Positions 40,388 through 52,904 are shown, counted from the first letter of the stretch. The stretch: DNA of 64,000 bases from an uncultured Actinomycetes bacterium (GCA_963742635.1 CAVUMW010000019.1:270479-334478); one strand, 5' to 3'. The notes: a model not told the origin generated them from the sequence alone. A program made the numbers and translations.

Positions 40388-41575
40388 TCAGTCCGGGAGC
40401 AGCGGAATCGTCAGCCCCTGGCGCCGTCCGAGCAACGCGGCCCGGGTGATCGCGGCCGATCCGAACCGGAGGCGAACCTCGTCGAGCGCGGCGTCGAGCG
40501 TGTCGCTCCACGACCCGTCGAGCGGCAGCCGGAGCTGGCCGAGATCGTCGTCGAGGTTGCTGATCGACACGCCCACGAGCGTGATTCCCTGGCGCTCGAT
40601 CAGCGGCAGGGCGACCTCGAGCAGCTCCCGGGCCGCGACGAGGACTGTCCGCGTGTTCGCCGTCGCGTACGGCAGCGTCTGCGAGCGGGTGGCGCGTGAC
40701 GAGTCGTCGAACCGGAGGCGGAGGACGACGGTGCGGCCGAGCCGGTCCGCGGCGCGCATCCGGCGCGTGACCCGCTCGACGAGCCCGATCAGCGACGTGT
40801 CGACCTCGGCGAGCGACGTCGGTCTCCAGCCGAGCGCGCGCTGCGCTCCCATCGAGCGGCGCCGCCTGCGAGCCTGCACGGGTCTCGGGTCGCGGTTGTG
40901 GGCGAGCGCATGCAGGTGGCGCCCGGCCGCGCGGCCGAGCATCGTGACGAGGGCGTTCTCGGGGAGCTCGGCGACCTGGCGGACGGTCGTGATCCCGGCG
41001 TCGTTGAGCCTCCTCGCGGTGACGCGGCCGACGCCCCAGAGCCGCTCGACGGGAAGCGGGTGCAGGAACTCGAGCTCGCCGTCCGGCGGCACGAGCAGCA
41101 GGCCGTCCGGCTTCGCCACGCCGCTCGCGACCTTGGCCAGGAACTTCGTCCGGGCGATCCCGACGGTGATCGGCAGCCCGACGCGCTCGCGCACGGCCTG
41201 GCGGAGCCGCTTCGCGATTTCGAGCGGAGAGCCCGACAGCCGGCGCAGCCCGCGGACGTCGAGGAACGCCTCGTCGATCGAGAGCCCCTCGACGAGCGGC
41301 GTCGTGTCGTCGAAGACCCCGTACACGGCCTTGCTCGCCTCGGAGTAGGCCGCCATGCGCGGCGGGACGACGATCGCCCCGGGGCAGAGCCGAAGGGCGC
41401 GGCGGACGCCCATCGCGGTCTGGACGCCCCGTGCCTTCGCCTCGTAGCTCGGGCAGAGCACGACCCCCGCGCCGACGATCACGGGCCGCCCGCGGAGCTC
41501 AGGCCGGTCGCGCTGCTCGACGGCAGCGAAGAACGCGTCCACGTCTGCGTGGAGGATCGTCGCGTCCGCCCGCAC
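40388..41575 (-). CDS. dinB: DNA polymerase IV (Y-family)
   Basis: GTG start giving VRADATILHADVDAFFAAVEQ. Also SIDEAFLDV and GIARTKFLAKVAS. The upstream 90 aa of the 485-aa ORF look like non-coding read-through. Confidence 0.88.
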   Translation of the reverse strand: MRADATILHADVDAFFAAVEQRDRPELRGRPVIVGAGVVLCPSYEAKARGVQTAMGVRRALRLCPGAIVVPPRMAAYSEASKAVYGVFDDTTPLVEGLSIDEAFLDVRGLRRLSGSPLEIAKRLRQAVRERVGLPITVGIARTKFLAKVASGVAKPDGLLLVPPDGELEFLHPLPVERLWGVGRVTARRLNDAGITTVRQVAELPENALVTMLGRAAGRHLHALAHNRDPRPVQARRRRRSMGAQRALGWRPTSLAEVDTSLIGLVERVTRRMRAADRLGRTVVLRLRFDDSSRATRSQTLPYATANTRTVLVAARELLEVALPLIERQGITLVGVSISNLDDDLGQLRLPLDGSWSDTLDAALDEVRLRFGSAAITRAALLGRRQGLTIPLLPD

Positions 41576-41588
41576 GAACGTATGTTCG
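41575..41588. promoter_or_regulatory. LexA (SOS) box abutting the dinB start
   Basis: Perfect palindrome CGAAC-GTAT-GTTCG in the 26-nt gap between dinB and the upstream gene. Confidence 0.7.
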
Positions 41589-41601
41589 CACAGATCGTCT
41601 T

Positions 41602-42006
41602 CTACGTCAGCTGAGCGATTACGACGACGAGCAGGACCACGATCAGGATCCCGAGCGCCGCGAAGCCTCCGAGGACGAGCTTGACCTTCCGCAGCACGAC
41701 CGCCCAGGCGACCCAGGACAGCAGCTCGGACGCGAGTCGCACGCGCTGGAACCAGATGCTCGAGATCCCGAGCCGGGCGAGCAGCCGGCCGATCGGGCTC
41801 GACTCGAAGCGCGCCAGCTCGGCGGCTCGGACGCGCTCCTGCCACCGCATCGCCATCTCCTTCGCCTCGCGCCTGGCCGCGCGCTGGTACAGCGGGAGGC
41901 TCTTGCGCCGGGTCTGCCAGTACGCGAGCGAGTCGCGTGCGTCGTCGAGCGGTGGCGGCGCGAGCATCCTCTCGATCAACAGCAGGTCCGGGTCTCGCAC
42001 GCTCAT
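41602..42006 (-). CDS. Hypothetical membrane protein
   Basis: 134-aa ORF. Charged N-terminal half, then two hydrophobic segments (LLSWVAWAVVL, GGFAALGILIVVLLVVVIAQL). Confidence 0.45.
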   Translation of the reverse strand: MSVRDPDLLLIERMLAPPPLDDARDSLAYWQTRRKSLPLYQRAARREAKEMAMRWQERVRAAELARFESSPIGRLLARLGISSIWFQRVRLASELLSWVAWAVVLRKVKLVLGGFAALGILIVVLLVVVIAQLT

Positions 42007-42057
42007 CGGCGAGGCCAGTCTAGCCTCGCGAGAGAACCGCCGAACCTTTGCGCAGCG

Positions 42058-42945
42058 TCAGCTAGCCCGTCGGAGCTGCTCTTCGACCTGGCGGTAGGCG
42101 GACGACTCCGGCGGAAGCTTGCCGAGGGCTGCGGTGAGGAGGCTGTCGGCGTCTTCGTCGCGGCCCTGGCGGCGGCGGACAGAGGCGAGGTTTGCGATCA
42201 CCTGGCCCTCGTGTTCCTCGTCGCCGAGCTCCCTGAGGAGGACGAGCGCCTCCTCGAACTGCTGAACCGCCACTGCGACGCCGCCGGTATGAACGAGAGC
42301 AAGAGCCAGGTTGTTGCGCGTCAGCGCCTCGGCCCGCCGGTCACCGAGCTCATGCAGGATCTCGAGCGCGGCCAGATGCTGCTCGGCTGCCTGCTCGCGG
42401 TTGCCCTCGCGTCGAAGCTGCGCCCCGAGCTCGTTGAGCCGGCGCGCCTCGCGGTGCCGGTCGGCCGCGGTTGGTTCCCTCCGGCGAGCCTCGACGACGG
42501 TCCGGGCCCGATGGGCCGCGATGTTCGAGATCCGGCGCCGGTGCTGGTCGAGGTCGAGCTCACCGATCCGCGCCTCGACCGCGCGTGAAGCCCTCTGCAT
42601 CGACACGAGGGAAGCTCGCAGTCGTTCTCCCAGTCCGTAGCGGCGAACGAGCCAGCGCCCCGCCGCCAGGAGACCTCCGACGAGCACGAGGGCAAGGGAC
42701 GCGACCAGGACGGTCGTGAACCCGAGAGCCGCCAGCATTCCGGCCAGCAGGAACCAGATTCCGGTGAACGCGAGCACGCGCCTGCGCAGCTGCTCGGGGT
42801 CGGCTGACCGCTCGAACGGTCGAGGCCAGGACACTGGATACCTACGGGCTGATGGGCTCATCGAGGGGTCCTCCTTCCGAGCCGCGACTGTTCGCCGCCG
42901 CCATGGAGGTTCCTCCCAGACGACCGTCGCAAACACGGTGCTCAC
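42058..42945 (-). CDS. Membrane-anchored TPR-repeat protein
   Basis: Two TM helices (FTGIWFLLAGMLAALGFTTVLVASLALVLVGGLLAAG) followed by TPR-like repeats (AEQHLAALEILHELGDRRAEALTRNNLALAL...). An internal ATG (MSPSARRY) is an alternative start. Confidence 0.6.
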   Translation of the reverse strand: MSTVFATVVWEEPPWRRRTVAARKEDPSMSPSARRYPVSWPRPFERSADPEQLRRRVLAFTGIWFLLAGMLAALGFTTVLVASLALVLVGGLLAAGRWLVRRYGLGERLRASLVSMQRASRAVEARIGELDLDQHRRRISNIAAHRARTVVEARRREPTAADRHREARRLNELGAQLRREGNREQAAEQHLAALEILHELGDRRAEALTRNNLALALVHTGGVAVAVQQFEEALVLLRELGDEEHEGQVIANLASVRRRQGRDEDADSLLTAALGKLPPESSAYRQVEEQLRRAS

Positions 42946-42972
42946 CCGGCAGACGCGCGGGCGAAGAGCCTC

Positions 42973-45900
42973 TTACTTGAACCGGAAGTTGGCGCGCTTC
43001 TCGGCGCCGTCTTTCAGGCGCACGACGAGCTGGCGGCATCCCCGCCAGGTGCCGTCGGTCTTCCAGACGTACTTGTACTGGTCGAGCAGCGGGTCGTACG
43101 TGAACCCGTCAGGGCCGAGTATCGTCGGGACGAGCGGCCCGGTCACAGGGCCCCCGCAGGTCATTGCCTGGCTGGCCGGATAGCCCGGCGCAAAGATGTT
43201 GAGACCCCGGAAACCGGAGAGGCTGAACTTGATCGGAACAGCGCTGCCCGCGTTGGCGTCGTTGACCGCCGGCAGGTTGTTGATCGGGGAGAAGAAGCCG
43301 GTGAAGGAGTACGCCGTCACGCGGTAGGTCAGGGGGCCGTCGAACACGTGGCCGGCTCTATCCACGGCGTGCGCGTGGATCGTCTTCGTCCCGGCCGAGC
43401 TCGTATCGAGGGGATCCGGGACGGTGCAGGAGTCGATCCCGGAGCCCGAGTCCGCGCAGTTCGCGTGCGCGACCGATCCGAAGCCGTACGTCGTGTTCAC
43501 CGTCACCGTCGGGTTGGACTCGTCGATCGGAATGGTCAGCGATCCATGAGAGCCGTCACTGCCCTGGAAATCCAGCGAGTGGACGCCGGTTCCGTCGACG
43601 GAGAGCGAGGTGCCGGGCGTGAAGGCCGCGCCGTCGAGGCTGTAGCTGATGCCCGGCGCGCCGCTGATCGTCACCGAGACAGCGCCCGTGAACCACCCGT
43701 TCGCCTGCGGGCCGGTCGCATGCGCTTGGATGTCGCCGGTCGGCGGTGGCGTGACGACCGACTTGAGGAACGCCTTGTTGCTGGTGACTGCGACGTTCCC
43801 GGAGCCGTCGACGGCCTGGATGATCCATTCGACGTCGTTACCGGACAGCGGCCCTGCGCCACTCCAGCGGGGCGAGCTGTGCGACATCTCGATCGACTTC
43901 CAGACCCCGCTCGCGTCCTTGTAGAGCGCGAGCACTCGCTTGACACCGTTCGCGCCGCCGACGTCGTCCGTCACGTCGACGGCGAACGCGACCGTCGTGT
44001 CCGCCTTCGTGACCTCGACGGGCCCGAAGCTCGACGGCGTGAAGTCGGTGACGCTCGGGGCCGTGTAGAAGACGTTGCCCGAAAGCGCCGTGAAGCGCCG
44101 CTGGATGCCGACTCCCTGCGGCTCGAACGTGCTGTCGCTTCGGAACTGCCCGCTGAAGAGCACGAGCCGCTGGCGCGTGCCGTTCGGAGTCGCGAGCGAG
44201 GCGATCGACTGCAGCTTCGTCGGGTAGCTGACGTCACCGACCAACTCCGGCGTGAACGCCGAGAAGTCGTCGATGACGCGGCTGAAGGCTGCGTCGAAGT
44301 TGGCCTCGTCGGTCGAGGTGAGGGCGGTGAGCAGCGCGCCGTGCGCCACGAGACCCGGCTCTGTGACGTCGAGCTTCGTCGTCGGCTCGATCGGACGGCG
44401 ATTCTCGGCGAACGCGTCGTCCGAGACGTAGTAGCTGCCGATGGCGGTGTCGACCCTGGTGAAGCTCGGCGAGACGTTGAAGGGCGCGGTCGGCAAGCCG
44501 GTGGCCGAGTCCGTCGTCGTCACCGCCGGAGTGGGTGGCGCAGGCGTGGCCCCGGTGCCGACCCTGTACATCGGCAGGCCCATCAGGTTGGCCTCGTCGA
44601 TCACCTTGAGGTGGTATCCGCTCTGGGTCGGAGTCGCCGCGTACTCCTGCTTCGCGAAGGCGAGCGCCTGGCCGACGGTCATCGAGCCGTCGAGCCGGTC
44701 GGCGAACAGGACGTTCAGCTTCTCCGTGTAGAGCACAGCCGCGGTGTCGCCGAGCCCGTAGCCCGTGTTGCCCATGAAGTCGACTGCCCCGCTCTGGGCG
44801 TATGACTGTGCCCAGTCCGCGCTGAGCGAGTTGCCGAAGACGAGGTCCGACACCGGCAGAGCCGAATGACATCCCATCGTGAAGATGACCCGCCCACTCG
44901 TCGAGCGGCCCGCGAGATCGGCGGTCGTGTAGAGGATCGTCTCGCGCTGCGCGGCGTTCTCGTCGGCCGGCAGGGCGCGGCCATGGTCGTAGTGCGCGTT
45001 GATCGAGTCGAGAATCGGCGGGTTCGACGTAGGGAACATCGCCGCCAGCAGGTCGTTCTTCGACCAGGAGTTGTTGATCAGCTCCTGGGCGTTGTTCGTC
45101 CCCAGCCTGGCCTTGAAGTCCGCCGAGACCCGCGACGCGCCGTCCGAGAGGAAGTCGTAGCCGGTTGTCAACGCCCTCGTCGGGTTGATCGCGCCGTTCC
45201 GGTTGATGTACTGGGTGATCTGGTCGCGGATCTGGTTCGGCGTCTCGACCAGCCGCCCGACCGCGAGCTCGGGGACATATGGCCCCTGGCCCGAGTAGTT
45301 GACGTCGCCTAGCGGATCGTCGGTCGGCAAGAAGCCGAGCCCGTACGTGCTCAGGTACTGGTTGTTCGTGGCGCCGAAGAACGTGCTCGCGTACCCGCGC
45401 TCGTTCGCGTACGCGGAGTTGTCGAGCACGCGCCCGAACGGAACGCCGGCGGCGTCGTCGCCCACGACGACGATGTACTTGACCGACGGCCGGACGATCA
45501 GCGGGTTGTCGAGCAGGTTGCCGACGGCCCGCACGACGTCGTTGGCCTTCGCCGGCGAGCAGGAGTCCGTGGCGCGCGCGTTGAGGGCGTTCAGGACGGC
45601 GGTGTTCGCGTCGACCGGGATCACCGCGCCGCCTGCCGCGTCCGATCGCGCCGCAAGTGTCTGCAGCCGGCTGAGGACGTCGTTCTCGGCCTGGAGCCCG
45701 TAGAGGTCGCCGAAGCGCTTCGAGGCGAAGAGATAGAGGGTGCTTGCGGTCGTGGGCACGGCCGGCATCGGCTTGGTGACGCCGGTGCCGGGGCCCTGTG
45801 GGTTGGTGCACGTCGGCGGCAGGGCGATCGAAGGCGATCGCTCGATCCGCAGCACCCACGGATCGTTGCTGTAGCCCCCGTCGAAGCTCGCGACCTGGAT

Positions 45901-48900
45901 CGTGTACGTCCCGCCCTCGGGTGAGACCGCTGACACTTCCTCGTCGGCGAGGCCGCGGTTGTCCGACACGTCGAGCGCGGCCTGTCCGTTGACCGCGTCC
46001 TGCGGAACGTCGGTGAGCGCCTCGGGCGTGATCGACTGCGTGCGCTGGCCGAGCTCGAACGGGACGTCGCCCGCGGAGGGCGACTCGGCGCCGGGGTGCG
46101 GCGTCCGGAGCGGTGCGATGCCCGGCCCGTAGATGACGAGATCGTCGTCCACCTTCAGGTGGCTGAGGTGGATCGTCAGCTGCTCGCCCGGATTGGCATG
46201 GACCTGGAAGTAGTCGCGGTCGGAGCCGCTCGACGTGTACCCGAGGTAGAGCGTGTCGGGCTGCGCGGGCTGCGCGGTGTCGGGCTGCCCGTTCGCGGGC
46301 TCACCAGGCTCGGTGATCTGCGTGCTCGCGGCCTCCGGGCGCCTGGACGGTGCCGTTGAGGCCGGTCGCCGCGATCTTCGCGGTCGCCGACTCGGTTCCC
46401 AGGCTGAGGCCGGGCTTCGCGTGGAAGGTGAGCTGGTAGCTCGTGCCGAGCTCCACGTTGGTGAGGTGCCAGTTGAGCTCGTTCTCGGGTGACCTCAGCG
46501 TCGGCTCGTCGACCGTGCCCGGCCCGCCCGAGAGCTGCGTCGAGCCCGACACGTATCGGGCATCCGCCCCGACGTGAACGGCGACCGAGCCGTCGACCGG
46601 CGGCCCCGCTCCGTTGAGCTGGAACGAGACCGTGTACGTCGCCGTCCCTCCGTCCGTTGAGAAGTCCTGGAGCGGGAACCCGGGTAGCGGGAGCTGCTCC
46701 CAGTCGTACGCGGTCTTCAGGAGGACGGTGGCGAGCAGATCCTCGCTGCGTCGAGCGGCGGCAGTCCCGCACGAGAGTCCTTGAGCGCTGATGTCCTGCC
46801 CGCTCGCGTCCTTGAGTAGCGGATGCTGGTCCTGGAGTTCGCGGTCTCCTTTATCGCGCCAGCGGCCTTGGCCTGAGCGAGCGTGTCCGTGTCCGCGCAC
46901 AGGAAGTTGCCGGTCGGCTCGAAGCGACTGCGGGATCAGGCCGAGCGTGATGCCGCCGAGCGGGGACGCGTTCGGCTTGTCGTCACCGCCAGCGGAATGC
47001 CGCCGAGCGGAGTGCCCACGAGATCGATGCCGGCCCAGAGGAATGCCGCCGAGCGGCGTGCCGACGCGGATGCCGCCGAGCGACGCCCCGAGCGGGATGC
47101 CTCCGAGCGGGATGCCCCCGAGGGGAATGCCGACCAGACGCCCTGCAAGGCGAGCCCGAGCATCGTCTGTTGGCCGAGGCTCTGGCCGTTCGGCGCGGAC
47201 CCCGGCTGCTGGTTCACGCACCGGCACCAGTCGGTGAGGTTCTGATCCGGCGGCGTGCCCGCGATGCCGCCGAGCGGAATGCCTCCCAGCGGCAGCCCCG
47301 GCGAGCGGAATGCCGCCGAGTGGGCTCGACGCGAGATTGAGCTTGTCGAGCGTGATCCCGGCGACGACCTGCGTCCCAAGCACCTGCGCGAGCGTCACGT
47401 TCTGAGGCGGAGTGCCCTTGCAATGCTGCGGCTCGACGCCGAGGTGCGCCTCCCACGTGTCCGGCAGCACGAGCGGGACGTCGACGACAGCGAACCCCGC
47501 CGGAAGGCGGTTCTGGCTCAGGTTCTCCGCCGGCAGCCGATCCCGCCCACGGAATGCCGCCGAGCGGGATGCCGCCCACAGGAATTCCTCCGAGCGGAAT
47601 GCCGCCCAGTGGGATGCCGCCGAGGCGCGCCGCCGTCGTCTGCGACTGGCCGCGGATCGCGTCGAGCGGGATGTCGTCGATTGGAGCAGAGGCGGCGCCC
47701 GGGTCCGAGCTCTCAGGCCCCGCAATCGAGATCGACGCGGTCAGGCTCGAGGGGGTCGGCCCCCAGTCGGGGAACGAGTTCCGTCCGCCGATGCCCGTCG
47801 TCAGGTTGACCTGGCCCGAGCCGTCCGCCAGCGCGGTCCAGACGTTGAAGTTCTGTCCATGCGTCGCGGACGAACGCGATGCGCGCGCCGTCCGGAGACG
47901 AGCTCGGGTCGGCGTCGAAGATGTCGCGTTCGGCCAGGTCGACCTGATCGGAGCCGCCGCCTGGTCAGCGTCCACACCGATCCGAACGGTCCCGCGCGGT
48001 CGCTGAAGAACGCGATTCTGCCCATCGGGCGACCAGTCCGGATCGGAGTCGCGCGCGGCGTGTCAGCTGTCGCGACCCTGTTCCATCCGAATTCTGCCGG
48101 TAGATCTCTTCGTTCCCGTCGTGCTCGACATGAGGCCGAGCTGCGTGCCGTCCGGAGACCAGGAAGGGCTGGCCTCGTTCGCCGCCGTGTTGGTCACGTC
48201 CACGGGAGTGCCTCCGGTCGCGTCACGATGAAGATGTCGTACTGTCGATGACGCTGCCCTGGAAGGCGATCTTCGTCCCGTTCCGGCGACCAGGCCGGCT
48301 GCTGCTCAGGCCGGGGATCGGTGGGGCCAGCTGCGTGAGGCCCTGCTGCTTCATCACCCAAGCATGTTGGAGGTTCCGCCCCTGGTCGCTTGAGAAGGCG
48401 ACCTTCCTCCCGTCGGGCGAGATCGAGGACAGGTTGTCGGTCAGCTCGTTGGCGCAGACCCGTCCGCGTTCTCGAGTAGATCTCGAGGTTGCCGTCGCGG
48501 TTCGACTCGAAGACGATCCGCCGGCCCTGCCAGGAGCCGCCGAGAGCGTCAGTATCCGCCCAGTCGCTGGGGGCGAATACGGCCCCCGGGTACATGAAGC
48601 CTGTTCCGCCGAGGACGTACATGAGGTCGAGGCCGACCGTGTCGCCGGAGCGAGGCAGAAGTCGTGCGCCGGTGCTCGTCGCAGGAGAGCATGCTGACAA
48701 CGTCACCTCTGAGCCGAGGACCGGCTCCCACGTCGTCGGTGCCGTCGCCGGCCGGGTCTCGTTCCGTCGTTGGTGTCCGCGTACGTGGCTCCTGGCAGCT
48801 GGTGTTGCTGTAGTAGAGTCGGCGCCGAACTGCGTAGAAGGGCGACGCGGAGCCTCCTCGCCCGGGTCCTGGTCCGTTGTGGTTCGCTCGTTGAAGAAGG

Positions 48901-49183
48901 CGCCCATCTCCTTCGAGCCGCCCGAGAGGTCCGTCACCGTCATGGCGACGTAGAGGAACCCGGCGTTCGCGCTGAACCTCGCCGAGCCCGTCGAACGTGA
49001 CGTCGTAGTGGGCGGCGTCTGTTCATTGCTGTCGCCGATCACCGTCGATGGTGGGCGTGGTGGCCGCGGGCGGCGACCGCCTGGAAGTCGATTGGCGGGA
49101 CGTGCGGCGCGCTTGCGCAACCCCTGGAGCGCCAGTGCCAGTGCCCCGATGACGCCAACGACGAGCCGCAGCTGATTCCTCAT
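42973..49183 (-). pseudogene. Left-arm copy of the giant secreted PD40 / GGIPL-repeat / PPC / C25-like peptidase protein; N-terminal ~2.4 kb heavily frameshifted
   Basis: ATG at 49,181-49,183 (MRNQLRLVVGVIGALALA). Between ~46,745 and 49,183, recognisable pieces (AGFLYVAMTVTDLSGGSKEMGAFF, RIVFESNRDGNLEIYS, EQQPAWSP) alternate between frames every 20-100 codons. There is one further frameshift at ~46,320. The last 1,059 codons (42,973-46,152) form one intact ORF. Confidence 0.75.
46936..47625 (-). repeat. Degraded blocks of 15-bp (P-L-G-G-I) tandem repeats inside the left-arm giant gene
   Basis: Three blocks (~46,936-47,131; 47,262-47,320; 47,537-47,625) of GATGCCGCCGAGCGG-like units on the + strand. 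Confidence 0.7.
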
Positions 49184-49275
49184 GAGGAACAACCCCCAGG
49201 ACGTTAGTAAGTTCGGCTCGCTTTTCAAAGCCCGGGCGTCCTTTCGATCGGCGGCGCGAAGGCGTACCCTCGGCC

Positions 49276-52200
49276 ATGGACGCGCAGGGCGATGCACCCT
49301 TCGAGCCGTACCTCCCCCGGCTGCTCCAGCCGGCGGCACGAGCGCCGGACGTGCGCTGGCGAGAGAGAACGACGGCTCACTCGTCTCGGTCGACCTCTCC
49401 CGATCACCGCGCTTGCGGCTTCAGGCAAGGGGCCGGGGCGGGTGCAGAGGAGCTCGTCCTGGCGATCAGCGGCGTGTTCGAAGGCCGTCCGGATCGCGAA
49501 CCGTCGGCGGGCGACACCCTCAAGTTCCGGGGGAGGCGCTCCTGATTCTTCTCCGGCGACGCGCACGCCGAGCGAGCCTGCCGCGCGGCCTCTTGAGATG
49601 AGTGGTTCATCGAGCGTACGGAGACGATGAGCTCCGTCGGCGAGGTGAACCTCCGGATGTCCACCGGCATTACTCGGGGACCTGTCACTTCTTCCTGGTG
49701 GAATCGAGCCACCGCGAGTGCTCGCGGGGCCCCGCCGCGACTGCCACGATCCAGCTCGAGGACGAGTCCGCTGGCGAGGTTCTCTCGCTCAGCCCCGGCG
49801 CCCAGCGGCTGCCGCGGGTTGGTCCCGATTGGCTTGCCTTGCCGAGCGGCGCTGCTCGCGCTCGACCGCGAGCCGGACGCCGCGGCCCCGCCGGTCGTCG
49901 AGGACGACGGCCGGCGTCGTGGTCCTCGAGCTCGAGCCGTTCGTCCCGATCGCGCTTCGCTCCTACCTGCGGCTCGAGGTGGCCGAGGCGGAGCACCGGC
50001 AGGTCACCGCCTGCTTTCGCGGAAGTTCAGCGGCGAGGCGGTGCTGCTCCGGACAGCCAGGACCAGCCGCATGCTCCTGCAGGCTCTCACATCGTGGGCC
50101 GTGTGTCCGGAGTCGGGCTGACCTGGCTGCAGTTGCATGTTGCACGGGCAGCTTCACCTGGCCGCCGGCCGTTCCCCTCGACTGACTGGGGCCGATGAGG
50201 AGCAACCGCTGCGGATGCGTGATCTCGACGAGGTATCCGCCCTGACGTCCGCGGCGGGCGTCCACCGTGCACGCCTTCGCCGGTGACATCGGCGCCAGCG
50301 CTCGCCGTACCCACGCCGTCATGGGCGACACCGTCAATCTCGCCGCACGCGGCCGCGCGGGCGAGCCGGGGGAGATCCTCGCTACCGCCGAGGTGCTCGA
50401 GCGCTCGCCGACCCGCTTCAGTACTGCACCGCAGCCGTTCCTGGTCAAGGGCAAGGAGCGAGCGATCACCGCGTACAGCGTCGGCGCCTGCTCACCGGTG
50501 TCGCGGAGGGGACGAGCCTCAGGAGCTGCCGATCATCGGTCGCGAACAGAGCTGGCGGAGCTCCAGCGCGCTCGCCGGCGTTCGCGGTTGCGCCAGGGCC
50601 AGGTGGCCGAGCTCGTCGGCAAGTCGCGTCGTCGAGGAGCTGAAGACGATGACCGTCGGCTTCACGCAGCTCGTCGCGCGCTGTGACCAGTACGGACGTC
50701 CGTCTCCGCTCGCTGCTCCGCCCGCTCGCCGGAATCACCGATGCGGAAGCCCCCGCCGGACGCGGTTCTGAAGCCCTGGATCGAGGCGGTCATGCCCCAA
50801 GTGGCTGCCGCTGTCTTGCGATTCCGTCGCACGCGGAAGTGCGCATGACGCCGGAGACCGAGGAGATCGAGTGGCGTTCCGTCGCGAGCGTGCTTCCAAG
50901 ACGGTCGAGGAGTTCCTGCTCCGCGTGCTGGCGGCGGCCCACGCTCATCGTCTTCTATAGAGCGCACTGGATCGACGACGCCTCGCACAGCGTCCTCCTC
51001 CATCTCGTGCGCAGCAGCGCCCCGCGGCCCTGGCTCGTGGCGATCACGCGCCTGCCGCAGGGCTTCGTTCGACGAGCCCGGAGACGGCAGCAGGTGCCTG
51101 GACGTCGCGGCGCTCCCCGGCGCAGGAGGTCGCGCTCGCGGCCGCCGGAGAGGTCGCCCTTTCCGAGGAGTGTCGGGCGAGGTGTCCGAGCGCTCGGGCG
51201 GCAACCCGCTCTTCGCGCCGAGCTCGTCGTGCTTCCGGGCCGACGGTGGCGTTGCCGCGCTGCCGGAGACGGTGGAAACGCTGATCACGACGCGGATCGA
51301 CACGCTCGAGCCGGGCGATCGTTTTCCTCCCAACGCCTCGGTCCTCGGGCCCATTCGCAGCTCGACCTACTCGCCGACGTGCTGGCGGACGAGCTCGCGG
51401 ACGAAGCGGCATCCTGCAAGTGCCGGCGCCCACTCGGGGAGTTCGCGGCCTGGGAGGGGACGAACGAGCTGGCCGGTTCCGGCAGATCCACCCCCTTCCG
51501 GACGGTCGCGTACGAGGTAGTTTCTTTTCCGTACTTCTACGGCGTCGGCACCGTGCTGGAATCCCCGCGCCGGTCAGCAGGCTCCGTCGAGCTCGCACCT
51601 CTCCGCTCCAGGTCACCGTGAGGACTACCAGCGGGCCTGGCGCTACTCCGTCGCCGTCGGCCAGCTGGCGCAGCACCGGCTTCGAACGTCGATGCCGCCG
51701 AACTTCCAGCGGGTGCTCGCCGCCCGCCTGCAGCACCTCCGCCGCTCGAGGTGGCGCATGTTGCCGAGGCGCTCGGGGACGTCTGCCAGCTCGCGGCGCG
51801 GTACGAGGAGGCCGGGGATGCGTATCGCCTCGCCCGCGAGCGGGCAGCGGACGGGCTCGTGCAGTCGCGCCTCATGCGCAAGGAGGGGATCTGCGATAGT
51901 GTCGGCAGCTATCCCGAGGCGCTCGAGTGGTATGGCTGTGGGGCTGCAGGCGCTGAGCCCCAGGCCCACAACGGGCTGCAGGGCCGTGTCCAGCTCGAAG
52001 GTATTCGATTGCAGGCGGCAGAGCACGCCGAGCTGGCCGGCGGATCGCGCCGCGCTGGACACGCCTACTCCCACCGCGCGTCAATCACATCTCGCTGGGC
52101 GAAAAGGATGAACCGCCGAGCACGCTCGTCTTGCGCTCCCGATGCTCGAGGAAGCGGAGACCTCGTTCTCCAGTCCAACGTCGTCAATATCGAATCGAGG

Positions 52201-52835
52201 CGTATTACGCCGGGCGCTGGGACGAGGCGTCCGAGCTGTATCGGAAGAGCGGCGAGCTGAGCGAGCGAGTGGGCGACGTGGTCAATGTGGCCCGCGCGCA
52301 CAGGTGAGATCGTCGTGGGCAAGCTCGACGAAGCCGAGGCGCTGTTCTGAAGCTCGGCACGGTGTGGCGCGCGGCTCGGTACCCGGGTGGGCATCGCGCT
52401 CGCGACCTCGAACCTCGGCCGGGTCGCCGCGCGGTCGCTTCGACGAGTGCTCGTGGGGCGCTGACGTCCAGGGGCTCGGCTCGGATGCCCTCGGCCAGGA
52501 GACCCGGGCCCGGCGCGCCGAGTGCTTCGCTGGCGGGGCGCTTCCAGGAGGCCCTGGACCTCGCGCTGACCGTGCTCGAGGCGGCCGGGGAGAACCGGCT
52601 CCTCTACCCCTTCCTCGAACGGCTCTACGGTTATGCCCTCGTCCAGGCGCGGCGGCCGGGGATGAGGCGCGCCCGCGCTTCGAGCGGAGCCTCGACCTGG
52701 CCGCGAGCTCGAGGCCGACTATGAAGTTGGGCTGACGTCTGAGGATGCCGAGGCGACCCTGACGTCGAGGTGGAGAGCAACGCGATCCTCGAGCGCCTCG
52801 GCGTCGTCTCGACGCCACGTGTGCCGCTGCCCTGA
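49276..52835 (+). pseudogene. Left-arm copy of adenylate/guanylate-cyclase-AAA(STAND)-TPR protein, extensively frameshifted
   Basis: Starts MDAQGDAPFEPYLPRL and ends ...ILERLGVVSTPRVPLP with a TGA at 52,833-52,835. In between, only short in-frame islands match the right-arm copy. Confidence 0.7.
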
Positions 52836-52839
52836 CGCA

Positions 52840-52904
52840 TTGCCCCGGCATGAATCGGCACGCGGTTTAGGAAACCGCCGCTCTATGCACTGAGCTACAG
52901 GGTC
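52840..52904 (-). pseudogene. Mirror copy of the tRNA-Arg(CCT)-like element with a T-arm deletion
   Basis: Reverse complement of the 56,510-56,581 element, but GCATGTTCGATTCATGC is reduced to GCCGATTCATGC. Confidence 0.45.

Noticed and set aside
40388-41845. A longer 485-aa DinB starting at 41,845.
   Set aside because: The extra 90 residues are Arg/Ala-rich and overlap the better-supported opposite-frame gene 41,602-42,006. The conserved DinB N-terminus begins at the GTG at 41,575.
46745-49183. Apparent excess of G-to-A changes in the degraded left copy as evidence of directed hypermutation.
   Set aside because: I judged this by eye on a few hundred nt only. Transitions also dominate long-read error profiles and ordinary mutation, and the indel load argues against a deaminase-type process.
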